64,000 nt of DNA from assembly GCA_032718475.1 (NCBI GenBank), contig JAUCBJ010003970.1:5176-69175 (forward strand). The letters are read 5' to 3'. The DNA is from Nemertoderma westbladi (taxonomy: Eukaryota; Animalia; Xenacoelomorpha). A model generated the notes under the pieces. The model saw nothing but the letters and a program-made list of their open reading frames with translations. It made no database searches and was not told the origin of the DNA. A program made the translations under genes and the position numbers. Below are positions 28,014 to 40,935 of this stretch, piece after piece. Every line of letters begins with the position of its first letter. The stretch's first letter is position 1.

Positions 28014-28770
28014 ATAGTTTATTGTTTTGGTTAGAAAATCCCGCCTCTGTAACCCGCTCCTTTCCCTCAATTAGTTAAATGATCGCGTTTATTGTTTTGG
28101 TTAGAAAATCCCGCCTCTGTAACCTGCTCCTTTCCCTGATTTGGTAAAGTGACCGTTTATTGTTTTGGTTAGAAAGGCCCGCCTCTGTAACCTGCTCCTT
28201 TCCTTCATTTGGTAAAGTGACTGTTTATTGTTTTGGTTAGAAAATCCCGCCTCTGTAACCCGCCCCTTTCCCTCAATTAGTTAAATGATCGTTTATTGTT
28301 TTGGTTAGAAAATCCCGCCTCTGTAACCTGCTCCTTTCCCTCAATTAGTTAAGTGATCGTTTATTGTTTTGGTTAGAAAATCTCGCCTCTGTAACCTGCT
28401 CCTTTCCCTGATTTGGTAAAGTGATCGTTTATTATTGTTTTGGTTAGAAAAGCCCGCCTCTTTAACCTGCTCCTTTCCTTCAATTGGTAATGTTATCGTT
28501 TATTGTTTTGGTTAGAAAAGACCATCTATGTAACCTGCTCCTTTCATTCATTTGGTAAAGTGATTGTTTATTGTTTTGGTTAGAAAATCCCGCCTCTGTA
28601 ACCTGCTCCTTTCCCTGATTTGGTAAAGTGACTGTTTAATGTTTTGGTTAGAAAGGCTAGCCTCTGTAACCTGATCCTTTCCTTTATTTGGTAAAGTGAC
28701 CGTTTATTGTTTTGGTTAGAAAATCCGGCCTTAACCTGCTCCTTTCCATCAATTGGTAATTGTTTTTGGC
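28014..28770. repeat. ~68-bp tandem array (~11 copies) of the GTTTATTGTTTTGGTTAGAA...GTAACCTGCTCCTTTCC motif
   Basis: Units start about 28017, 28087, 28155, 28223, 28291, 28359, 28430, 28498, 28566, 28634 and 28702; lies between the divergent YqaJ and SRGAP starts. Confidence 0.93.
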
Positions 28771-29582
28771 TATAAAATGAGTGTTTTGCTACGTCATGTG
28801 GTAATCGATTATCGACAACAACCACAAACTATTAAATTTAGAGTCTTTTACCACACTGCCACAGGCGCATATGGCAATCTAGCTCATAGTCTATAAATCA
28901 TGGAATTTTGAATGTTTTGGCACAGACATAGTGAAACCAACTGTCCGACAGACCAGAAATCAACAAATTTTGAATGTTTTGGCATAGGCATGTTGAAATC
29001 AACTGTCTGACACTCCAGAAATCAGCAGTCTGACAGTTTGAAGAAATACATACATAAAAAGTCATTAAAAGGACAATAAAAGTCATTAAAGGGACAACAA
29101 AAGTCATTATGCACAATTCGTAAAAAAATGAGGACAAAAAAGTCAAATAAAAGGACATAAAAAATCACTGCCTTTTATAACTATCCTGGGGTAAATCTTT
29201 TCGACCTACGCGTAGCTACGCTGTTTTTAAGAGCAGCGATTTCTGTATGACCGTTCTTTTGACTTTTTTGTCCACATTTATTTACGAATTTACCATAATG
29301 AATTTTGTTGTCCGCTCAATGACTTTTTATGTATGGACGCATTTGTTCGTCAAACTGTCATTAGAGTAAAGTTTGTCTGTCCCAATTTGGAGTAAGTCCC
29401 ACCAATCTGCCAATAGACCCCTTGTTGCTATGTAAAATCCATGTTGCTAAGAAAATAAACAGTAAATTGAAGGTGATCCACATACTTTATTTTATAGACT
29501 TTTTTGGGTGGTATTATCAAGGTAGGCTAAATATGGAATTAACAAATTGGTTTGGATGTGCGAATTTGTTATTGGTTAACCC

Positions 29583-30243
29583 CCCCTCCTTGCTGGGTGA
29601 GCCAAAATTTTTATTTTTGTTTTCATTCTTTAGCTACAAGCATTTGAAAAAGGTGTCTACGTCGATATTGAACATGTTACACTTCGGTTATTCTTCAATC
29701 ATATAGTGATTTATATGTACAGTTAGATAGCAAATGGATTCCAAATATGTATCGCAATCTGAATTTCCTCGTAAAATAGCTTAGATATGGGTGTTCGAAT
29801 GTTGCATGGTTATTTTAGGCTATTTTATTCTATTTAATACCATATTCTAGAACATATTGTTTATTCCATACGTAGCTGGGCAACAATGCAATAACTCTAT
29901 AATAAAATATTCTGTAGCTATTCATAAATAAACAAAGTGCTCCAGAATATTGTTTATTTGTTAAATAGAATAAAATAACCTCTCGCAGGCGCATAACCAT
30001 GCACTTTCGAACGCTCATATCTTAGCTATTTTACGACGAAATTCAGATTGTGATACACATTTGGTATCCTTGCATGGCCAGCTTTCTAACTGTAGGCCTA
30101 CCAACAAATCATATAAGATTGGAGAATAACTGCAGTGTAACTTGTTCAATATCGATGGAGACACCTTTTTCAAACACTTGTTGCTAAAGAGCTAAAGAAT
30201 GAAAGCAAAAAAAAATTCTGGTACACCCACTAAGGAGGAGGGA
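29583..30243. mobile_element. Palindromic MITE-like element
   Basis: Diverged long inverted arms (TTCATTCTTTAGC...AAAATAGCTTAGATATG / CATATCTTAGCTATTTT...GCTAAAGAATGAA). Confidence 0.65.
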
Positions 30244-30499
30244 GGTGAAACTGCCTCTGTTTCAAATTTCATACAATCTCATTACGATTTGTAGAAAAAT
30301 TTGGGAGGGGGGGGGGGGGGGTGGGGGTTGGGCAGGTATCTGAATAAACACACTATATTCCAGGACGTGGTGTATATGGGAAAGATCTAAGTTCACCCAA
30401 GATCTAAGTTCGTTCAGGATCTAAGGTGATCTAGCAGTCTCGGATCTAAAGCAGGGGAACCGCCTGTAGGTAGGCCTATTCTATATTCAGATATTCTCC

Positions 30500-31027
30500 A
30501 GGCTAATTTCCTGATTACAGAATAAGGAATTGTAACGGTTGGACGTCTATGCTGCTATGTCTGTCTGTATGTATGTGTAATCTGGTAATGCAGTACTGCA
30601 GTACCGGTACCAAGACCGACTGTGACTGACCATTATTGGCGTAATACTGTAATAGGCCTACCAATACTGCTGTACTGTAATATGGACCGGCTGACTGGTG
30701 CACGGTGATGCCTCGATAACCAACTGTCTGACAATCTGACCGTCAGCTGTCAGCAGACCAGCAAACCGTAACTAAAACTATTGACTGATTGAACTACCCC
30801 TATACCCAATCTGCCAATCCAACCCCAACCCAAACCCAGCTGCCAGCAACCGCCTGAACGGGGACCGCTGAGCTGCTGAGACCCTTGCAGCCTTGCACCT
30901 TGCGTACTCCTGTACTCCAGCATCCAGTACTCCAAACAGCCATACTCGCGCAGGTACCGCGCGGTTCCGGTCCGGTTTCAGGTCTGTCTGTCTGTGGTCT
31001 GTCGGTATCAGGATTGTGAAAGGTGCA
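30500..31027 (+). promoter_or_regulatory. Probable promoter/5' UTR of SRGAP
   Basis: Unique, comparatively GC/CpG-rich stretch immediately upstream of the SRGAP ATG; start site not determinable. Confidence 0.4.
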
Positions 31028-31082
31028 ATGGAAAAGAAGCTGGAAAAAGAAATCTTATTCGATTATGATGTAAAAGTTAAAG
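31028..31082 (+). CDS. SRGAP: SLIT-ROBO Rho GTPase-activating protein (F-BAR), coding exon 1
   Basis: MEKKLEKEILFDYDVKVK + G then GTAGGT donor (phase 1); resembles vertebrate SRGAP KKDKEIIAEYDTQVKE, with the intron at the equivalent position as I recall it; splices in frame to 53347. Confidence 0.85.
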
Positions 31083-31649
31083 GTAGGTCAGGCTGTCAGG
31101 GTCATGGTGAAATGACATTTCTACTTCTGTAGGCTGGTAGGCCTACTTATCCTGTTATCGGCTTATTTCTTTGTCAGTTTGTTGGCAACATTGATCTATT
31201 CCTGTATGCTGTATTCGTATTTGTATAAACTATGACAACAAACAGACAAACGGGACTGGTTAATGGCTGAATGGGACCCTCCTGAATGCAGACAGTTTTC
31301 TGCATTTTTTGCAATTTTCAGCTTTTGTTTTATCGTTTGTTTTACAAACGTATGTTTTACAGTTTGTTTTGGTTTCTTCTGGCTACCACTGTAACCTCTG
31401 AACTGAACCTGCTCCTTTACTTTTCATTTTTTTTTGTGATTTGGTGTGATTTGTTCTGTTGTTGTGATTCTGAAATCAGCACTCAGGTGTCAGGCTGTCA
31501 GGAGGGTCCCCTCCCCTATCCTGTCAGCCTGTTGTGCTTTTTCTTAACCAGTGCCCAACCTGCCAACAAACTGACAAAGGCTGAAAGGTTATTGGACTCG
31601 GGTCTATCGTCAGATCGTTATTCGTTCCCTAAGTCAGTAAGTGTGATGT

Positions 31650-32212
31650 GACAGACCGAACGTAATCAGATCGACAGACAGACAGATCGAATGTAACATA
31701 ATTTTTACGAATCGAACGTAACCTCAATTATGTTACATTGGATCCTATAACTACAGAACTATGTTACATTCGATCTACAAATTACTAAGCCCGAATGTAA
31801 CATATATTTATTTATTTTGTGTTTTGTTGATTTCAGGAGTTAACCGATGAAATGCTTCCTTTATTTACAGGAAGAAACTAGTTTAGTGAGTACAAAACAA
31901 AGACCCAAGACCCAATTAAGTAACCTGCATAATCTTGTACCATACAGTATGTCAGTACCGTATGTGTTAACTTTCGTTTATTGTTTTGGTTCCCCCAATG
32001 CACAATGCCCAACACGCCTTTGTAACATAGGCCTACTCCTTTCTGCCTTTAGCTTTAAATGGCAATGTTACATTCGGGCATAGTAATTTGTAGATCGAAT
32101 GTGACATACCGGTAGTCAGATAGTTATAGGATCCAACAGTCCAATATAACATAATTGCGGTTATGTTCGATACGTAATAACTGTTACATTCGATACTGAT
32201 TACGTTCGGTCA
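31650..32212. mobile_element. Palindromic MITE-like element with GAATGTAACA/TGTTACATTC subrepeats
   Basis: GACCGAACGTAATCAG at the left, CTGATTACGTTCGGTC at the right; internal inverted blocks. Confidence 0.65.
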
Positions 32213-33597
32213 TGTATCCGTTGCCTAACCCCGTAAGCCCGTCGTGTAGGCCTAGGTTATTTGCAACTTGATCACTTGCTGACTTGTACAACACTGTCTG
32301 ACTGTACAGTATTTTAACTTTGCTATTTATGGAATCGGTTATCTTTGGAAATTTGTAATAGAAGAACTTATATTTTTGAAATTAGTAATGTTTGTTTTTT
32401 AAATATCGTAAATTATTTTGCGATAACTTGATGTAATAATTTTAAATCCCTTGTATTTTTAATGTGTGTTGTAAATATAAGTTTGTAATAATTAATTAGT
32501 ATTTGTATTTAAATAATGTGCAGAACTATATATTTGATTACGATGCCCTCTGCATGACTAATGTTAGAAGGGGGCACGTTAATAAGCCATTATTATTATT
32601 ATTATTATATTGTTGAGAAGTCAAACAACTCGTGAAATTTTGCTTTTGTTAAGCAGATTATAAAAGTGGCTTCTACCTGTCTACCGTAGGCTACTGCATA
32701 CTGCTTTTCAAGTGGCATATTACAGTATTATAAAAGTGACCAATGAGAATGACCAGAGATAATGACCTGACCATCTGTTACACTTATATCTGTTCTGATG
32801 CACATGAGCTGTAGCGCAGCATCAGCCTTCACAGCTTCATGCAGTGCACCAATTGCTGATGCCATGATAATTGATAAAGGGATGGTCTACAGCTAAAGTT
32901 GAAAGTTGCAGAACTGACTGACTGACAAGCAGTCACTCTCACTCACGTAGTCAGTTGCACTTGCCAGTTCAGCAGTTTGCAGTTCAGAGGGTTCGGCAGT
33001 TCCTCGTAATCAGGTTGAAAAAATTCCCGCCCTCTACGCTCGCTAGGCGCCTTTGAGATGGTTTTTCTCGTTTTACCATTTACATCACATCACGTTGGCT
33101 TGGGCTTGGCTGGTTCCATGCTACCATGTTAATTTTATGTTTTACTTTTAATGTGTACCGGTACCGGCTGATCAGTACCGCGGTAGGTGCCAGATGGTAG
33201 GCTACGTAGTTCATACTCTTCTTCTGGCTGTTTGGTATTATTGCAATATTGCTATGTCAATATTGGATGAGATTCACTTTACACTAACCGACTAAACCAC
33301 TAAACACAATGCCAATATTGACTTGACACTAAATGTCAATATAACTTTTGTAACTTTCAGTCCAATCAAACATATTATATTGGTCTACCGGTACCTGTGA
33401 GGATTTGGTAAAGATAATATTCATGGTTTTTACTATTTTCTGTCTAAAGGACACATTCTGTTTACAAAAACAAATTTTATAGGTTAGCATACTCCTACCA
33501 GCACCATGAATTTTCAACGCTGTCCAAAACAAAGACTTATTTTTTGCTAAAAACATATAAGATAATTTTCAGATCTAATGAAAAACTGTAGGCTAGG

Positions 33598-34210
33598 CTG
33601 GTGTAACGGAGAATTTCCACGCCCCTAAATATTCCCCTCCCGGTTAAAATTCCCTAGTGTATTTTTACCCCCGATTAGAATTTATTTTCTTAAGCTTTTA
33701 CTTAAAATAATAATTTTGTAGTTATTGTCATTACTTAGATTTTGGCGCTTACACCTCATCCTAATGCAGTTGTAGGCTATCATTAACGATGCTTGTAAAA
33801 GGAGTTATATACAGTAACACACTCCGCTAAACTCATTCTAAGCGACCAGGTTTAGCAGATATATTATTTTGATCAATAGCGGTACCCAAGATAATCAGTA
33901 GCCAAGAAGACCAGGTTTAGCACATTTAAAAACATGAGGCCTACGGAAATGTTGTGTGCTCCTATATTCTTGCTATCTTATTACATTTTCACTAGAGGAT
34001 TCTAAAATACACTTAGGGAAAAACACCGGGAGTGAGAATACACTAGGGAAATTTAACCGGGGATGGATTTGCAAAGAGTGAAAATTGATAAATGCAGCCG
34101 GGTGAGTTTACACTGGAGGAGGTTAAAATACACCCAGGGAGTGAGATTTCACCAGAGGGTTTTAACCGGGGGTGATTTTGCATGGGGATTGAAAATTCTG
34201 TGTTACACCG
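33598..34210. mobile_element. MITE-like element
   Basis: Ends GGTGTAACGGAGAATTT / AAATTCTGTGTTACACC; inverted CCCGGTTAAAATTCCCTAGTGTA subterminal blocks. Confidence 0.6.
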
Positions 34211-35519
34211 GAGTACGGTAACGTATTATAATTTTATTTTCTTTAAAATATCTCATTTATTGTTGATTACTTACTGTTGATTTCGCATTATTTATTCTAG
34301 ATGAGTAATTTACGTTGGTAATTATTAATAAATTTAGCATTAAAATGTTTATTATTTATTGCTCTCTTGTTGCTTTACTCGACTTTCTGGTTTACATGTA
34401 TACCCGTTGTAACTATTTCGGCAACTTCGATCACACCGATTATCTTGATCGGCAACCTAAGTTGCTGAGAAAGTTGCCACGTGTTGTAAACCTACCTTTA
34501 ATTATTTGATTTAACTTTTGGAATATCAATTTCACACACAAAGTGAAGCTATGTAGTGTATAGCAGGTAGTATTATTTAATTATTATTTAATTTTTTTAA
34601 TTATTATTAGGTGCAACATTTTACTCAAATTTTAGTTAAATTTGTTACGTTAAACTTCTGATTTAAGCAAAAACATATTATCATGTTATGTTATATTTTA
34701 TTTATTATTTTTATTATTTATTATTTTATTATATGTATTAACAGCGAGTTGTTATTTAGCACTTTACAACTTTAGATGACATTACAGCATTGTATTGGCC
34801 TGTACATTTAGTATTGTATTTGGTGTTATTGTTTACGTGGTAACCCATGACGGCGTTAAGTAATGTCCTCTAAGGGGACATTACTTAACACCGTCATTGG
34901 ATACCACGTAAACAATAGGTGGAAATTTGCCTGACAGCCAGATTGGCCAACTGCATTACCTACCGGTAGGCGGGGTAGGGCCTAGCTATATTATTATAAC
35001 ATGGCTCCAAACGCCACCATAAATATAAGCTAACTTATTTATAACATAATATATGTCATTTTTACATTTATTTATATACAGCAACTAATATAATTTGTAC
35101 AGTTTCTATCACTTATAATGTATATGTACAATCATTTCGTAATGTTAAAATTTTGGAATAAAACTACATACATACTTGTTGCAAAGTACTTTACAGTGTT
35201 CTGATCCTCGTGGCTTTATTTTCACTCACTAACTAACGTTCATTCGTGTAACAAAGACACTCGGATCATCACACTGTAAAGTGCTACTTTACACACAAGT
35301 ATGTAAATCGTTATTACTCGAAATAGTAGCATTTTTCTCGAAAATAAAATATTATCTCGAAAATCCGTCTCTAATCTAATATTAATCATTCCTCGAAAGT
35401 GCGGATTAAAAAGTCGGACAAATAACTATATACGTCATTGTTCATAAAATAGCATTTTATAGCGTGGCGGCACGTGTGTTTTTGACATGACAAAATTTGG
35501 GCCATAAACATTTCAGATA

Positions 35520-35745
35520 GGGGGGGGGGGGGGGGGGGGGTGGACGCAATAAAAATTAATCCCTCTCCAGGGGAAATTGGACGCAAATAACAGTTGATTA
35601 CTCTCAAAAATAAAACTGTAACCTGTTTTATTGTGTTTAGTTTATTGTTTTGGTTAAAATAACGTGCCATTGAGAATTTAACATTGAGGCGGGATATTAA
35701 TCCGCCAAGGCGGGTTTTGCGTCGAGTTTCCCCCCCTGTCTCAAT
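35520..35745. repeat. Dispersed repeat family A copy
   Basis: Reverse complement of 24236-24475. Confidence 0.85.
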
Positions 35746-36079
35746 CATTTAAACTGCAGATTATTATCAATGGCGAATTTAATTTTATTTAGTTTGTGAA
35801 TTATTTGTAATTATGCACTTGAGCTCTCTAAAACAACCTTGTAACAGTAAAGCGTGATATTTCTATCTCGTACCCAACTGGCAGCGAAGTGGATAACGCA
35901 TTAGGTTATAAATATGACTTCCATTGGTTCGATTCTCACCTATTTCATTTATGTAAGTTTTAGAATTGTGAAATAGTTTTAGTATGTATATATGTATTCG
36001 TATGACGTCATGTGATTATATTTAGAATGACGCGGTGATATACTAGACGTGGACGTGATCATGCATAATAAATGTATGG

Positions 36080-39000
36080 CGTAGGAGTTAGGAGCTACCA
36101 TAGGAGTTACATTGCTAACATAGGATTTTGACTGCTACCGTATGAGATACACTGCTACCGTATGATATACATTGCTACCATAGGAGATAAACTGCTACCT
36201 TAGGAGATACTCTGCTGCCATAGGAGTTACACTGCTACCGTAGGCGTTACATTGCTGTCTGCTACCATAGGAGTTACATTGCTACAGTGTGATATACATT
36301 GCTACCACAGGAGATATACTGCTACTGTAGGAGATACACTGCTACCATAGGAGTTACACTGCTACCGTAGGAGTTACACTGGTACCATATGAGATTCAAT
36401 GTTACCGTAGGAGATACACTGCTTAACGTAGGATATACACTGCTAACGTAGGAGATATACTGCTGTCTGTTACACTGCTACCGTAGGTGATACACTGCTA
36501 ATGAAGGAGTTACACTTCTATCGTAGGAAATACACTGCTACCGTAGGAGTTCCACTGCTACCGTAACAACTACACTACTTGCTAATGTAGGATTTACACT
36601 TCTACCGTATGAGATACACTGCATGCGAAGGAGATAGACTGCTGCCATATGAGATACACTGCTACCGTAGGAGATACACTGCCACCGTATGATATACACT
36701 GCTAGCGTAGGAGATAGACTGCTACCATTGGATATAAACTGCTACCATAGGATATAAACTGCTACCATAGGAGATACACTGCTACCGTATGAGATACACT
36801 GCTACCGTAGGAGATACACTGCTAGCGTATGAGATATGCTGCTACCGTATGAGATACACTGCTACCGTAGGAGATACACTGCTAGCGTAGGAGATAGAAT
36901 GCTGCCATATGAGATACACTGCTACCGTAGGAGATACACTGCTAGCGCAGGAGATAGACTGCTACCGTAGGAGATACACTGTTAATGTAGGAGATACACT
37001 GCTACCGTAGGAGATACACTGCTACCGTACGAGATACACTGCTAGCGTAGGAAATAGACTGCTGCCATATGAGATACACTGCTACTGTAGGAGATACACT
37101 GCTAGCGCGGGAGATAGACTGCTACCATAGGAGATACACTGTTAATGTAGGAGATACACTGCTACCGTAGGAGATACACTGCTACAGTAGGCTGGTAGGT
37201 GATACACTGCTACCGTAGGAGATACACTGCTACCGTATGAGATACACTGCTAGCGTAAGAGATAGACTGCTGCCGTATGAGATACACTGCTACCGTAGGA
37301 GATACACTGCTACTGTATGAGATACACTGCTACCGTAAGAGATACACTGCTACCGTAGGAGATACACTGCTACCGTAGGAGATACACTGCTACTGTATGA
37401 GATACACAGCTAGCGTAGGAGATAGACTGCTACCATAGGAGATACACTGCTACAGTAGGCTGGTAGGAGATACACTGCTACCGTAGGAGATACACTGCTA
37501 CCGTATGAGATACACAGCTAGCGTAGGAGATAGACTGCTATCATAGGATATACACTGCTACAGTGGGAGATACACTGCTACTGTAGGAGTTACACTGCTA
37601 ACGTATGAGTTACACTGCTACTGTAGGAGTTACACTGCTACCATAGGAGTTACACTGCTACCGTAACAGTTACACTGCTAATGTAGGAGATACACTGCTA
37701 CCTAAGAGGTACAATGCTACCGTCGGAGTTACACTGCTACCGTAACAGTTACACTGCTAATGTAGGAGTTACACTTCTACCGTAGGAGATATACTGCTAC
37801 CGTAGGAGATATACAGCTACCGTAGGAGATACACTGCTACCGTATGAGATACACTGCTAGCGTAGGAGATAGACTGCTGCCATGCCATATGAGATACACT
37901 TCTACCGTAGGAGATACACTGCTAGCGTAGGAGATAGACTGCTGCCATATGAGATACACTGCTACCGTAGGAGATACACTGCTACCGTATGAGATACACT
38001 GCTAGCGTAGGAGATATACTGCTACCGTAGGAGATACACTATTAATGTAGGAGATACACTGCTACCGTTGGAGATACACTGCCACTGTAGGAGATAATAC
38101 ACTGCTACCGTAGGAGATACACTGCTACCGTATGAGATACACTGCTACCGTAGGAGATAAACTGCTAGCGTAGGAGATAGACTGCTACCGTAGGAGATAC
38201 ACTGTTAATGTAGGAGATACACTGCTACCGTAGGAGATACACTGCTATCGTATGAGATACACTGCTAGCGTAGGAGATACAGTAGGAGATACACTGCTTC
38301 TGTAGGAGTTATACTGCTACCGTAGGAGTTACACTGCTACCGTAACAGTTACACTGCTAATGTAGGAGATACACTGCTACCTAGGAGGTACAATGCTACC
38401 GTCGTAGTTACACTGCTACTGTAACAGTTACACTGCTAATGTAGGAGTTACACTTCTACCGTAGGAGATATACTGCTACCGTAGGGGATACACTGCTACC
38501 GTAGGAGTTACACTACTACCGTAGGAGATATACAGCTACTGTAGGAGATACACTGCTACCGTAACAGTTACACTGCTAATGTAGGAGATACACTGCTACC
38601 GTAGGAAAAAAACTGCTACTGTAGGGGATACACTGCTACCGTAGGAGTTACACTACTACCGTAACAGTTACACTGCTAATGAAGGAGTTACACTTCAACC
38701 GTAGGAGATACACTGCTACCGTAGGAGATACACTGCTACCGTAGCAGTTACACTACTACCGTAACAGTTACACTGCTAATGTAGGAGTTACACTTCTACC
38801 GTAGATACACTGCTACCGTAGAAGATACACTGCTACCGTATGAGATACACTGCTACCGTATGAGATACACTGCTACCGTATGAGATACACTGCTAGCGTA
38901 GGAGATATACTGCTGCGCTGCCGTATGAGGTACACTGCTACCGTATGAGATACACTGCTAGCTTGGGAGATAGACTGCTACCGTATGAGATACACTGCTA

Positions 39001-39130
39001 GCGTAGGAGATACACTGCTACCGTATGAAATACACTGCCAGCGTAGGAGATACACTGCTAGCGTATGAGATACACTGCTACCGTAGGAGATATAATGCTG
39101 CCGTATGAGGTACACTGCTACCGTAGGAGC
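36080..39130. repeat. 20-bp minisatellite (GCTACCGTAGGAGATACACT), degenerate at the edges
   Basis: Direct tandem repetition over ~3 kb in SRGAP intron 1. Confidence 0.96.
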
Positions 39131-40832
39131 TACCAACCTAACCTGCACATGGCCATAAGATATCTTCATGCAACTGTCTGGACCCCTGGCGCAAACACGT
39201 ATATAGGTCATTCGTACGAGGTTTGTGGCTTCTCAATCAGGATTATGCATGTATGCACCCGGAAAAAATAGCACGCCGACATGTCAGTCTGGTAGCGTAC
39301 ATAGATTTGTATTCACTATTGGAGGGAATTATTCAAATGTCTGTATTACTGTAATTTACCTTATTTGTTATTAGCCTAAAAAGACAGCAGTTCAGTTATG
39401 GTATGCAGTGAATATATATATATAGCCTACATCAATTATTAACTCGGTATAGATTGTAGGGTGTAGCTAGGGTAGATAGTGTTTGTAGTTGTTACAGAAG
39501 GAGTTGGGTGATTTGTGCCAAATTGTGGTGCAGTAGTTGTTGGTTTGGGTAGGTACCGGTAGGTGCATAGTCAATAATGATATGTTTTAAATACAATAGT
39601 TACTGACAAATATATTATAAGTAATAATGCGGCGAGGTGATGTTTGATGACTCATTGATTGGATGATAAACATATAGAGATTGCTGTATTGTAAATTTAT
39701 TGTACGTGCGGTATATATATATGTAAGAGTGTGTTTTATAAGACCCGATGTTACCATTTTATAGGTTACCAGCGCAGCATACCATATATAATACACCTTT
39801 GGACTTTCATGTATTTGTTTTTCATTAGTTTAATTGTCAATTTATATTCCTGCGATTATCGTGAACCGGCTATCTCAAATCATTTATGTATTTTAGGTAT
39901 GTTTATTCTCTTACTGCATTGGGTTGCTGTCTAATATTAATGGTATAATTACATTGCAGATTCGATCCTTATATTTAATGCACAATTTCAAGTAATTGTG
40001 TCATTTTATCATCAAGATTTATACTCATTTATTTAGCTGGGTCTATTAATATAGATTGCTCAGAATGGCTTACATTGCATTAGGCTAGCGCCCATGAAAG
40101 TATGGAGGAATAGTAGATAGCGTGCTCATCTGTAATGCAGTACATTTTGTATATTTAGTTACCGGTACCCACTTCCAAGTTCCATTACGAATCAGTTTTC
40201 ACATTGTTAAAGATCCCCGAATCCGAGATAGTAAGGCATGCTCTGGGCTCTGAATTAAATAAACCATCAAATCAAGGGTATGGAAGTCTCTTGGAATCAG
40301 ACCTCTGGAGGTTAATTTATTACAGCAATGGCGGCTATTTGGCAGTCCTTGCTGACATCTTATTCTTACTGCTGAAAACTTCAGCCCCCTTGATGGCCAT
40401 ACATCGGGATGCGACGTGTCCAGAGCTCATAACATTTCATAAGATACAATGATCACTAACAAACGTACGTAATTGTGCAATCTCGGTATTTACCTTAAGT
40501 CCAGCACCACCCTTTAGACACGACTGGGTCTTTCAGGCCACTTATATCGTAGAAATGATCAGATCAGCAATGTGGATCATCTGTGGGTGATCTGATGTGG
40601 AATGCAGTTATTCTATGGTATCCGGGTGACGAGAATGCACTTCGCTAAAAGATGATAATGTAGCTGAATTGGGTACCGGTATTTACAAGGCTGAATGCGA
40701 ACTGTGTGGAGGAGTTACGTTGCTGACCTGATCGGCAATGTGGAAATTCATCAGGCACAGCCATTACAGTGGACTGAGATATTAATCCGAATTAGTTAGT
40801 AATTAACTTCAGTCGGGGTTTCGCCAAGTGAT

Positions 40833-40935
40833 GGTACTGATGACACTGGAACATGTTCTAGAGATTGGTACTGATGACACTGGAACATGTTCTAGAGATT
40901 GGTACTGATGACACTGGAACATGTTCTAGAGATTA
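40833..40935. repeat. 34-bp perfect triplication
   Basis: GGTACTGATGACACTGGAACATGTTCTAGAGATT x3. Confidence 0.9.

Noticed and set aside
28014-28770. CRISPR-like array (conserved blocks with variable linkers)
   Set aside because: The linkers are related to each other rather than unique spacers; eukaryotic context and no cas genes.
40190-40830. Possible decayed retroelement gag/zinc knuckle on the minus strand (..SSGHVASRC..)
   Set aside because: Multiple stops and only a partial motif; not supportable by eye.
40833-40935. Possible tandem hammerheads (CTGATGA...GAACATGTTC)
   Set aside because: No GAAA core, no adequate stem II or stem I.
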